DNA of 26,089 bases, from the NCBI GenBank assembly GCA_022566235.1, contig JADFJI010000001.1, positions 1 to 26,089 of the forward strand, read 5' to 3'. The notes beneath the pieces are model-generated. The model was not told the origin of the DNA. It did not search any database and worked only from the letters and a program-made list of their open reading frames with translations. A program made the position numbers and the translations under genes. Shown here piece by piece: positions 17,322 to 26,087 of the stretch (its first letter is position 1; each line of letters opens with the position of its first letter). This DNA comes from Chloroflexota bacterium (GTDB taxonomy: Bacteria; Chloroflexota; Dehalococcoidia; Plut-88900).

Positions 17322-18725
17322 CTAAGCCTGACCGGCTGCCGTAGGCAGGTGAGACGCCTCCCAAGCGCCGATGCCGCCCACGAGGTCGGATATCTCCATG
17401 AAACCTTTCCGTTCCAACACGCTGGCGGCGATGGAAGAACGATAGCCACTGGCGCAGTGCACGACCACCCTTCTGTCTCTCGGCACCTCGGCGGTACGCT
17501 CTGAAAGATGGTTCAAAGGGATGTGGAGGCTCCCCGCGATAGCTTTCTGCTGTCGCTCACCAGGGGTCCTAACGTCGAGGACTACGGGGGGCTGAGGTGA
17601 GTCAAGCTGCTCGGCCAGAGTAGCGGCAGTGACCCGATCCGTTCTGCGAACGAGTTCGGTTCTAGGTTCCAATACCTGCATGCCGCCTTCCAGAAAGCCC
17701 ACGACGTGATCGTAGCCAATGCGGCCCAGCCGCAAGGAGGCCTCATGCTCCCTTCCAGGTTCGGCGATTAACACGATAGGCACATCTCTTCTGAGGACCG
17801 TGCCGCACCAGGTGGCAAACTGGCCGCTCAGTGGGACGTTGATGGAACCGGCTAAGTGGGCGCCGGCAAAGTCTGCAGGTTCTCGTACGTCCAACACCTG
17901 GGCCCCGCTCCCGGCCCTCTGGAGTGTCTCATCCAGGGAGAGTGGCGTTTCAACCTGCTCCAGGGTTTTATCAAGGGTTGGCCTCTCCTGCCTATTGAGC
18001 ATTGCATCGTATGAAAAGTATCTCGGGACTTCAGGCTGGTCCGCCGTCACCATCGCGGTGAACTCCCCTTTGCTCATCGGCTGCAAAGCGTAGTTGTACT
18101 GCCGTTGAATCCCGATGGTGGAGACGGTATCGGTGCTCAGGTTCTTTCCACACATGGACCCGGCCCCGTGGCCCGGGTAGACCAGGGTCTCATCGGGCAG
18201 AGGGAGGAGTTTCTGGTGCAGGGAGTCATATAGCAATCCGGCCAGTTCAGAGGCTGTGATACCCAGTGAGGCCATCAGGTCTGGGCGGCCGACGTCGCCG
18301 ATGAACAGGGTGTCTCCGGTAAGGACGGCGTGGGGAACGTCCCGGTCCTTCTCCAGGTCGTAGACCAGGATGGATATGCCCTCGGGGGTGTGGCCCGGGG
18401 TCTCCAGGACCCTCAACAGGACATCGCCGAACTCCAGCACGGATCCATCACCCATGGGCGTGAAGTCGTATTCGGCCTCAGCCCGTGCCCCCAGATGTAT
18501 AGCAGCCCCTGCCCTATCGCGAAGCTCCAGGTGGCCGGCCACGAAGTCGGCGTGAAAGTGGGTTAGAAAGACATGGCGGACCTCGAGTCCCGACTCCCGG
18601 GCGTCCTCTATGTACTGGCCCACGTCCCGTTGAGGGTCGACTACAACAGCGGTCCCGCTACCCTCGTCCCCTATCAGGTACGAGGCATGGGCAAGACAGC
18701 CCAGGTAATACTGTTTAAGGATCAA
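17322..18725 (-). CDS. MBL-fold persulfide dioxygenase-like hydrolase fused to two rhodanese domains
   Basis: THFHADFVAG, TPGHTPE and GDTLFIGDVGRPDL motifs. The first rhodanese domain lacks Cys (LIAEPG); the second has HCASGYRS. Confidence 0.92.
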   Translation of the reverse strand: MILKQYYLGCLAHASYLIGDEGSGTAVVVDPQRDVGQYIEDARESGLEVRHVFLTHFHADFVAGHLELRDRAGAAIHLGARAEAEYDFTPMGDGSVLEFGDVLLRVLETPGHTPEGISILVYDLEKDRDVPHAVLTGDTLFIGDVGRPDLMASLGITASELAGLLYDSLHQKLLPLPDETLVYPGHGAGSMCGKNLSTDTVSTIGIQRQYNYALQPMSKGEFTAMVTADQPEVPRYFSYDAMLNRQERPTLDKTLEQVETPLSLDETLQRAGSGAQVLDVREPADFAGAHLAGSINVPLSGQFATWCGTVLRRDVPIVLIAEPGREHEASLRLGRIGYDHVVGFLEGGMQVLEPRTELVRRTDRVTAATLAEQLDSPQPPVVLDVRTPGERQQKAIAGSLHIPLNHLSERTAEVPRDRRVVVHCASGYRSSIAASVLERKGFMEISDLVGGIGAWEASHLPTAAGQA

Positions 18726-18770
18726 ATCTCTTCCCTCTTTGTGCCTAACCAGGGCTTTTGACTATGGGGC

Positions 18771-19280
18771 TCAGGACCCCGGCTCGTCGGGGATGTACTC
18801 CCCCTTGACCTCTACCGTGAGCCAGTTCTCGAAGCAGACCCCGGAAGACAGACTGGTCACCCCGATGGTGGCCCGGCCCCCCAGGCCTTTTTCCCGACCC
18901 AGCACCTCGACGAAGAGGTCGGTAGCGCCGCTGGAGACCTTGTTGACCTCGGTAAACTCGGGGGTGCAGACCACGAAGTTCAGGGAGCGGACGATGCACA
19001 CTATGTTGTCCAAATTACCAATTGCCTGTTTTATGCCGGCCAGGCAGTGGATGCCGGTGAGACGGGCCGCCTCGTACCCCTGCTCGATGGTCACGTCCCT
19101 GCCCAGAATCCCGGTGAATACGGGCCCGCCGTCCTTCCAGGGGATGTGGCCGCTTAAGAACAGCACGTTCCCCACCCGGTGATACGCCTTCATCGATCCG
19201 TAATTGGTGCCGGGATACCCGGTCTTGCTGTAATCGGGCAGGGTTATGCCCAACTCTTTAAGTTTCTCTTCAATACTCAT
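18771..19280 (-). CDS. RidA/YjgF-family (Rid) protein
   Basis: MSIEEKLKELGITLP start (ATG 19280, GGAGG RBS), LFLSGHIP, GATDLFVEVLG, and the conserved Arg in GRATIGV. Confidence 0.9.
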   Translation of the reverse strand: MSIEEKLKELGITLPDYSKTGYPGTNYGSMKAYHRVGNVLFLSGHIPWKDGGPVFTGILGRDVTIEQGYEAARLTGIHCLAGIKQAIGNLDNIVCIVRSLNFVVCTPEFTEVNKVSSGATDLFVEVLGREKGLGGRATIGVTSLSSGVCFENWLTVEVKGEYIPDEPGS

Positions 19281-19313
19281 AGCTAGGGCCTCCAGACTCA
19301 CGGATTGGGGTGA

Positions 19314-19538
19314 TCAACTTTTTAACAGTTTAAGAAATTCTGACCTGGACAATCCAGCGTTTCGGATTAAGGACCTAAGCAGTCCACGTCCCAATCGACG
19401 ATGCCTCGGGATCGATAACTGTTCCCTATGGGGGTGCACCAAGATCATGTGACTTCCCCTAGTATGGTTCCAAACGTATCCGATCTTGACCATGGCCTTA
19501 ACAAACTCGTCTCCCGACATTACCGGGAGACGAGCCAT
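19314..19538 (-). CDS. hicA: HicA-family toxin (mRNA interferase)
   Basis: 74 aa, basic, with TRGSHMIL (catalytic His) and SIPRHRRLGRGLLRSLIRNAGLS. The start overlaps the hicB stop (TAATG). Confidence 0.92.
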   Translation of the reverse strand: MARLPVMSGDEFVKAMVKIGYVWNHTRGSHMILVHPHREQLSIPRHRRLGRGLLRSLIRNAGLSRSEFLKLLKS

Positions 19539-20038
19539 TACACCGTCACCTTGACCTCTTCCATTACCGCCTGGGGAAGCGGTTCTCCACGCTTCCGTAA
19601 ACTTTCGGTGTAAGCCTGTATCGCCTCTGTGATATTGGCGAGGGCCTCTTCCTTCGTTCTACCCTGAGAATGACAACCAGGGAGAGCCGGACAACTAGCG
19701 GTCAAAAATCCGTCCTCGTCGGGTACTAGGGCCACAAGGAAGCTCCGGGTTTGCTTCACGGCCTCTTTATCAAGAAGGATGTCAATGTCCTCTGTCTCGG
19801 GGTGATAAAGGTCAAACCTGAGCTTACTGAGTATGTGGTAGGCGTGCCGGGCAGTAAACGCGATATAAGGTAGGCCAGTCACGTGGTGGATCGGCTGCTT
19901 AATTGGATATCTGCGCCCGGCGACTTCTACATAGTACTTATTACGCCCGTCGCTCGGTTTTGCCTCTATCCCTTTCATCGCTTCGATTATGTCACCGAGT
20001 CTTATTTCGAAATCCTTACCAGCAATTTGGAATCTCAA
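19538..20038 (-). CDS. hicB: HicB-family antitoxin with an extra ~95-aa N-terminal domain
   Basis: The C-terminal half has the HicB core (DEDGFLTASCPALPGCHSQGRTKEEALANITEAI). The N-terminal part is unrelated to HicB. TTG start. Confidence 0.85.
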   Translation of the reverse strand: MRFQIAGKDFEIRLGDIIEAMKGIEAKPSDGRNKYYVEVAGRRYPIKQPIHHVTGLPYIAFTARHAYHILSKLRFDLYHPETEDIDILLDKEAVKQTRSFLVALVPDEDGFLTASCPALPGCHSQGRTKEEALANITEAIQAYTESLRKRGEPLPQAVMEEVKVTV

Positions 20039-20053
20039 AGTGTTAGCCTCTAG

Positions 20054-20101
20054 TTATTGTTGTTGTTATCAATAATATCTTGGCATGAGAGGTGTCGTCA
20101 A
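20054..20101 (-). promoter_or_regulatory. Putative hicBA promoter with overlapping inverted repeat
   Basis: TTGACG-N18-TATTAT on the minus strand (20101-20072). The TTATTG-N10-CAATAA palindrome at 20054-20075 overlaps the -10. Confidence 0.5.
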
Positions 20102-20224
20102 CACGTTTGAAGGATACACGCCATTAACCGGGCAGAGGGGATACCAATCGTAATGAAATGGAGATTGGTACCGACACCAACAAGCAATCGCGACGCCAGC
20201 CTGAGTTTCGCGTTAAGTAAGCGG

Positions 20225-21391
20225 CTACTCGTAGACCTTGATCAGGTCGTAGGTGGTGGAGCGCTGGGCGGGAATGCGGCCCATGTCCTTGACCAGCCGC
20301 TGGAACTCCTCGGGAGCCATGTACTGGCCGTAGGGGGCGCCGGCAGAGCGGGATATCTTCTCGTTCATCAGGGTGCCGCCGAAGTCGTTGGCCCCGGCGT
20401 TGAGGCACAACTGGGCGAACTTGGGCCCCAGCTTCACCCATGACACCTGGATGTTCTTGATCCAGTTGTTGAGCATGATCCGGGCCACGGCGTGCATCCG
20501 CAGGTCCTCCATGCCCGTGGGCCCGGGCCGGACGCCCCCGTCCAGGTAAAGGGGCGAGTCCCAGTGGACGAATCCCAGGGGGACGAACTCGGTTATACCG
20601 CCCGTCTCCTTCTGGATGTCCCTGATGATGGCGATGTGCCTGGCCCAATGGATGGGGGCATCTATATGGCCGTACATTATGGTGGAGGTGGTGCGCAGGC
20701 CCACGGAGTGGGCGGTCTTTATGATCTCGACCCACTGCTCGGCGCTCAGCTTGTTCTTGGTCAGCTTCTGGCGAATCTCCGTGTCCAGAATTTCAGCGGC
20801 GGTTCCGGGGACAGTACCGAGGCCCACCTCCTTCAGCATCAGGAGGAAGTCCCGGGTGCTGAGGCCCGTTTTCTTGGTGCCGTACTGGATCTCGAAGGGT
20901 GAGAAGGCATGGATGTGGATATCGGGCACCCGCTCCTTGACAGCGATGATGATGTCCCGGTACTCATAGCCCGTCATCTTGGGGTGCAGCCCGCCCTGCA
21001 TGCAGATCTCGGTGGCTCCGGATTCCCAGGCCTCCTCTGCGCGCCGTGCCACCTCATCGATGGTCAGGGTCTCGGCTTCCTCGTCGCCGAAGTGCTTGGC
21101 GAAGGCGCAAAAACGGCATCCTGTGTAGCAGATGTTGGTGAAGTTGATGTTTCGTACGGTAACGAAAGTAACGATATCGCCAACCGCCTGCTTCCGCAGC
21201 TCATTGGCCGTTATGCAGAGGGCGTGGAGCTCCAGGTCGGCGGCTCCGAAGAGGGTGACGGCGTCCTCCACCCCTATCTCCTCGCCGTTCATGGCCCTAT
21301 CGAGTATATGAGATGTGTTCAGGTCTATGACCCCCAGAATACGGTCGAGAGATGTCCCGACCACCCCAGGGGAATCGATCTCGGTTACCAT
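20225..21391 (-). CDS. cofH: FO synthase subunit CofH (radical SAM)
   Basis: RNINFTNICYTGCRFCAF (CxxxCxxC), GTAAEILD, TSTIMYGHID, NIQVSWVKLG and GANDFGGTLMNE motifs. The start at 21391 overlaps the cofG stop. An MqnC-like identity is disfavoured by adjacency to cofG. Confidence 0.9.
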   Translation of the reverse strand: MVTEIDSPGVVGTSLDRILGVIDLNTSHILDRAMNGEEIGVEDAVTLFGAADLELHALCITANELRKQAVGDIVTFVTVRNINFTNICYTGCRFCAFAKHFGDEEAETLTIDEVARRAEEAWESGATEICMQGGLHPKMTGYEYRDIIIAVKERVPDIHIHAFSPFEIQYGTKKTGLSTRDFLLMLKEVGLGTVPGTAAEILDTEIRQKLTKNKLSAEQWVEIIKTAHSVGLRTTSTIMYGHIDAPIHWARHIAIIRDIQKETGGITEFVPLGFVHWDSPLYLDGGVRPGPTGMEDLRMHAVARIMLNNWIKNIQVSWVKLGPKFAQLCLNAGANDFGGTLMNEKISRSAGAPYGQYMAPEEFQRLVKDMGRIPAQRSTTYDLIKVYE

Positions 21392-22584
21392 CGCGTCTCC
21401 TCTTCCCTCACGTAGCCGTCCTGGTCCGTCCAATCCAGCATTGTGTCCCTCATAGAGGGGTTCACGTACCCGGGTTTTTCCACTATGTATTCGGGATAGA
21501 TGGCCAGCCTCTCCCTGAAGGTAAAGCCCGCCTCCTCTGTCCTCTCCTTCAGCTCTACTATCTTGGGCCAGGCCTTCTCGGGATTGATGAAATCCTTGGT
21601 GACCGGCGACACTCCGCCCCAGTCGTTGATGCCCGCGGTCAGGTAGAACTGGTAAGCATCTGGAGTGAGGTTGGGCGGGGCCTGGATGTTCATCTGGCCA
21701 CCCAGCACCAGGCGGGCCACGGCGATGGTGACCACCATGTCCAGGGCCGTCGGCTCTTTGAAGCCCCGCATACGGGTGTCGTGCTTGGCACGGAAGTTCT
21801 GGATTATCACCTCTTGAATGTGGCCGTATTCTTCATGGAGCTCTTTAATGGCGAAGAGGGAGTCGACCCTCTCCTCTGGGGTCTCGCCGATACCGATGAG
21901 GATGCCCGTGGTAAAGGGTATCTTCATCTCACCGGCATAGCTCATGGTTGCAATCCGGAGCTCCGGGGCTTTGCCTGTGCAGCCGTAGTGGGCCTGGCCT
22001 CTCTCCAGAAGCCGTGGGCTGATGTTCTCCAGCATCAACCCCATGCTGACGGTCACCTCCTTGAGCTGGGCCACCTCCTCTCGCTCCAGGACCCCCGAGT
22101 TGGAATGGGGCAGCAGTCCCGTCTCCCGGTAAACCAGGCGGCACATATCGATAAGGTAGGCGGTCATGGAAGGATAGCCCAGCTGCTCCAGATGCTTCCT
22201 GGCGAGAGGATGTACCTCTTCAGGTTTCTCACCCAGGCTGAATAGGGCTTCTTTACACCCGGCCTTCCGACCCGCCTCTGCGACGGCCAGCACCTCCTCG
22301 GGAGTCATGGTCCTGGCCTCCGGGTGCTTGGGCGCTTTGACGAAGGTGCAGTAGCCGCACTTGTCCCGACAGAGATTGGTCAGGGGTATGAATACCTTCC
22401 TGGAGTAGGAAACCATGCGGCCCTTGTGCCTCAGCCGAATGCGGCTTGCACAGTCCATGAGGGCCGGGATCAGGGTGCCATCGAACCTAACGAGTCTGTA
22501 GGCCTCATCTCTGGTGATGGACTCGCCGTTCGCCGCCCTCTCCAGGGTATCTTCTTCGAAGCTCCTGGTGGCAATATTTACCAC
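21385..22584 (-). CDS. cofG: FO synthase subunit CofG (radical SAM)
   Basis: SYSRKVFIPLTNLCRDKCGYCTF, IPFTTGILIGIGET, HIQEVIIQNF, IQAPPNL and GINDWGGVSPVTKDFINPE motifs. Confidence 0.94.
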   Translation of the reverse strand: MVNIATRSFEEDTLERAANGESITRDEAYRLVRFDGTLIPALMDCASRIRLRHKGRMVSYSRKVFIPLTNLCRDKCGYCTFVKAPKHPEARTMTPEEVLAVAEAGRKAGCKEALFSLGEKPEEVHPLARKHLEQLGYPSMTAYLIDMCRLVYRETGLLPHSNSGVLEREEVAQLKEVTVSMGLMLENISPRLLERGQAHYGCTGKAPELRIATMSYAGEMKIPFTTGILIGIGETPEERVDSLFAIKELHEEYGHIQEVIIQNFRAKHDTRMRGFKEPTALDMVVTIAVARLVLGGQMNIQAPPNLTPDAYQFYLTAGINDWGGVSPVTKDFINPEKAWPKIVELKERTEEAGFTFRERLAIYPEYIVEKPGYVNPSMRDTMLDWTDQDGYVREEETRW

Positions 22585-22888
22585 GCGAGTTCCTCAAATA
22601 GCGCTGCTACATCTGTGAGGACAAGGGAGGGATGGCCGGGATAAGGGAGCCCCGTCCAACGGGAAAGGTAGTCTAGCTCTACCAAAGCAGAATGTCAATG
22701 ACGAATTGCCTTTGACGGCGCCCGCTCCACCAGCCAATCTTACTCCGGTCTCCTGGTATCCAGATACCGGTCCCGGGGTGAAATTTGGTGACTGAGGGCA
22801 GAAACTTTGCAACAGGGCCAGCGTTAAACATCAATGGAGGATCAAAGGAGGATCAAATTACGGGACTCAGTCAACTGTCCCACACCCA

Positions 22889-22917
22889 TTGAATGGGGTA
22901 TGCTAACTTAGTATCAT
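22889..22917 (+). promoter_or_regulatory. Putative sigma70-type promoter for oppA
   Basis: TTGAAT-N17-TATCAT, about 40-50 nt upstream of the start. Confidence 0.6.
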
Positions 22918-22957
22918 AGAACGTCCCGCCTCTTAATATCGTCATAGCGGTCAACGG

Positions 22958-24787
22958 ATGGAGATGAGGATGGCACTGCTTAAAAGCAAGAGACTATTCA
23001 TAGGCCTGGCCCTGATAGGGGTCTTAGTGGCAGCAGCGTGCGGCGGTGGAGGCGATACCTCATCACAACCGAGCACTGCGCCCACGGCAACGCCGGGCTT
23101 CGCACCACTGCCCACCCCCACCTCGATACCCTCCGAAAGCGGTGCGCTGGCGTCCACGCCCCTAGCCGCAACCGCCGGTAGTGACCCTCTTGCCGGCGGG
23201 GAGTTCACCAGGCTCTTTGGCGACCCACCGACCCTGGACCCGGCCCTCACCAGCGATACCACCTCGGCGGCCCTGGTGGTAGAGATCTACAGCGGCCTGG
23301 TGAGCATAGACACAGACCTGAACATAATCCCCGATATAGCCGAAAGTTGGGACGTAACCAACGACGGTCGGACTTACACCTTCTACCTGAGAAAGGACGT
23401 CAAATTTCACGACGGCAAGCCCGTCACCGCGCACGACTTCAAATACAGCATGGAACGGACCCTGAACCCGGCTACCGAGTCCACGGTGGCCGATCTCTAC
23501 CTGAACGACATCGTCGGGGCCAAGGCCATGCTGAACGGGACGGCAAGCAGTGTGAACGGCATCCGTGTGCTGGATGACTATACCTTGGAGATTACCATCG
23601 ACGCCGCTAAACCTTACTTTCTGGCCAAGCTGACCTACCCTACGGCCTTTGTCGTAGATAAGGAAAACGTAGAATCGGGCGCCGACTGGACCTCCAGGCC
23701 CAATGGCACGGGGCCATTCAAAATGGTGAAGTGGGAGATAGGAGAGAGTATCAGGTTTGAGCGTAACGAGCTTTTCTACAATGGCCCGCCTCACCTGGAT
23801 GCGGTGAACTTCATCCTCAGCGGTGGGGTGGGCATGACCATGTATGAAAACAACGAGATAGATTTCACGGGGGTCGGCCTGGCCGACATAGACAGGGTAC
23901 TAGACCCCACGGAAGAGCTAAACAGGGACCTGAACATCTCCCCGCCCGACTATAGCATCAGCTACATAGGGTTGAACACCCAGATGGCGCCCTTCGACGA
24001 CATCAAGGTGAGACAGGCGCTAAACCTGGCAATCAACAAGGAGCTTATCGCCGACGCGGTCCTCTCCAACCTGGTAACACCTGCCTACGGCATCCTGCCC
24101 CCGGGCTTCCCGGGCTTCAACCAGAATCTGGAGGGCCTGCACTACGATCCTGAGAAGGCGATGCGGCTCATGGCAGAGTCCAGCTACGGGCAGGGCGACC
24201 CCGAGATCACGGAACTGTTGCTGCAAGCCGACATGACCAGTGACCCCGATCAGCGCGTCCTTCTTTTGAGCCAGGCCTCCGCTAAGGCGGCAGCCAACCT
24301 GCCCACCATAATACTTTCGGTGCCGGGCGGTGGCGGCGCCGTGGGGCTGGATACAGAAGTAGTCCTGGAGATGTGGCGGAGGTTCCTGGGAGTGGACGTG
24401 GAGATACAGCAGTCCGAGTTCGCCACATTCTTGAACGACCTGGACCGGAGGAGATACCAGATGTTCACCCTGGGATGGGTGGCGGACTATCCAGATCCCC
24501 AGGACTTTCTGGACATACTGTTCCACAGTGAAAGCTCTAACAACCATACCGGCTATACCAACCCTGAGGTAGACCGGCTTCTTGAGCAGGCCAGGACGGA
24601 AGCGGACGTGGAAACCCGTATAGCCCTGTATCAACAGGCCGAACAGATAATAGTAAACGAGTCGCCGTGGATCCCCAAATGGTATGAGGGGGACAGGTAC
24701 GTTCTGATAAAGTCCCACGTCAAGAACTACATCTTGACTCCTCTCATTGTTCCAAAGCTCAAGAACATCTATTTAGAGCCGCAGTAG
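22958..24787 (+). CDS. ABC transporter substrate-binding lipoprotein, family 5 (OppA/DppA-like)
   Basis: Lipobox VAAAC, Pro/Thr linker, PDIAESWDV, YTFYLRKDVKFHDG, GTGPFKM and WVADYPDP motifs. The true start may be ATG 22970 (GGAG RBS). Confidence 0.95.
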   Translation: MEMRMALLKSKRLFIGLALIGVLVAAACGGGGDTSSQPSTAPTATPGFAPLPTPTSIPSESGALASTPLAATAGSDPLAGGEFTRLFGDPPTLDPALTSDTTSAALVVEIYSGLVSIDTDLNIIPDIAESWDVTNDGRTYTFYLRKDVKFHDGKPVTAHDFKYSMERTLNPATESTVADLYLNDIVGAKAMLNGTASSVNGIRVLDDYTLEITIDAAKPYFLAKLTYPTAFVVDKENVESGADWTSRPNGTGPFKMVKWEIGESIRFERNELFYNGPPHLDAVNFILSGGVGMTMYENNEIDFTGVGLADIDRVLDPTEELNRDLNISPPDYSISYIGLNTQMAPFDDIKVRQALNLAINKELIADAVLSNLVTPAYGILPPGFPGFNQNLEGLHYDPEKAMRLMAESSYGQGDPEITELLLQADMTSDPDQRVLLLSQASAKAAANLPTIILSVPGGGGAVGLDTEVVLEMWRRFLGVDVEIQQSEFATFLNDLDRRRYQMFTLGWVADYPDPQDFLDILFHSESSNNHTGYTNPEVDRLLEQARTEADVETRIALYQQAEQIIVNESPWIPKWYEGDRYVLIKSHVKNYILTPLIVPKLKNIYLEPQ

Positions 24788-25076
24788 GCGGAACGGCTTG
24801 AAGAGTGGGGCCGGCCCAAGGGCTCCACCCTTTCTCGGCTCGCATAGATAGACGGGATGAGTATGGGGAAGGCGTCGGTGGTGTCCTACGCCAACTCCAT
24901 CATCGGGTTGCCGACGGCCCCTACGCCTTTGAATGTCTATCATGAGACCACGGGCCCTCCGAGAATCCGCAGCGGCTGACCTGTAAAGCGCCGTGCGGGT
25001 GCCCTTTCAATATACTTACGCCTGAAACTAGTCCTATACTGGGCGTCAGGTAAGGTTTGAAGTAGGGGACTGGGGA

Positions 25077-25445
25077 ATGCGCACTTATATTCTACGCCGT
25101 CTGACGTGGATGCCCGTCGTACTGTTTGCCGTCTCCTTCATAACCTTCGCCCTGGGGACCTATGGACCGGGAGACCCGGTCTCGGTACTGGTGGGCCAGC
25201 ACCGGGACCCCGCTGTGATAGAGCGGATCCGTGAGCAGCGGGGCCTGGATGATCCGTTCTTCGTGCAGTACGGGCGATATGTCTGGAACGCCTTTCATGG
25301 TGATTTTGGGGAGAGCTTTACCTTTAGGGGCCAATCGGTGGGTAGCCTGATTACCGGGAAGATCTGGGTTTCGGCCCAGCTAGGCATCGCCGCAACTATC
25401 GTCTCAATTCTGGGAGGCATTCCCCTGGGCCTGATAGCCGCGCTG
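25077..25445 (+). CDS. N-terminal part of an OppB/DppB-like ABC permease; truncated at a junction
   Basis: MRTYILRRL, PGDPV, GLDDPFFVQYGRYV, GDFGESF and GIPLGLIAAL motifs. The family resemblance stops abruptly afterwards. Confidence 0.88.
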
Positions 25446-25660
25446 CTCTATACCAATGCCCTCGCCCACCTGTACACCGACCCTGGCTTTGCCCGCGACG
25501 ACTATCGCGGCATTGTGCAATTCATCCGCGCTAACGAACGAAGTGGAGAGTCCGCTGCAATAGTGTTGAACGCGCCCAACCAATGGGAGGTGTTTACTTA
25601 TTACTACCCCGATGGCCCCAACGTCTACCCCGTCGCCCGCAGCCGCCCGCTCGACGTGCC
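25443..25660 (+). other. Fragment of an unrelated membrane protein, resembling the C-terminal region of Chloroflexota GT39/PMT-like glycosyltransferases
   Basis: LYTDPGFARDDYRGIVQFI...AIVLNAPNQWEVFTYYY. The family assignment is from recollection; it is clearly not OppB. Confidence 0.5.
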
Positions 25661-25835
25661 CGCCCAGGAATTGAACGTCATCGAGAATCAGCACATCCCA
25701 TTGGCTGTACGCTTCTCGAAATGCCTCGGTCATGCGCTGTTGCAAGGACGTAGCCACGTGGTCCGCGAATCGGCTCGCAGAGGTATAGCCCACGCGGATG
25801 TCCGGCGCGTTCTCCGCGAGGTGGTTGCCGATGGC
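25660..25835 (-). other. dnaA: Internal fragment of DnaA AAA+ domain
   Basis: AIGNHLAENAPDIRVGYTSASRF...AFREAYSQWDVLILDDVQFLGG corresponds to the DnaA segment between Walker A and Walker B (DDxQFL). Confidence 0.85.
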
Positions 25836-26087
25836 GTCGTCGAAAGAGCGGGCGACGTCGTCGGCCGATTGCAGGTTGTTCTTGGCGCGACTGATGCGGT
25901 TGGCCACTTTATTCGGTGAGAAGTGCACCGCATCGATGTTCAAATCGTGCAGCACCTCGCGCAACAGTTGGCGCTGGTCGGTCGTATCGAAGATGCTGAA
26001 GTTGGCTTGCAGACCGACGATCTCCGCCCGCCGCCTGAGCAGCCGGGAACAGAACCGGTGAAACGTGCTGACCCAGACGCTGCCGCG
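25835..26087 (-). other. Internal fragment of a UvrD/PcrA SF1 helicase
   Basis: The minus frame from 26087 reads VWVSTFHRFCSRLLRR...NFSIFDTTDQRQLL...ISRAKN. Confidence 0.9.

Noticed and set aside
25077-25964. Novel OppB fusion (280 aa) and PcrA-DnaA fusion (186 aa) proteins
   Set aside because: They are built from short internal fragments of unrelated genes and are best explained as assembly chimeras.
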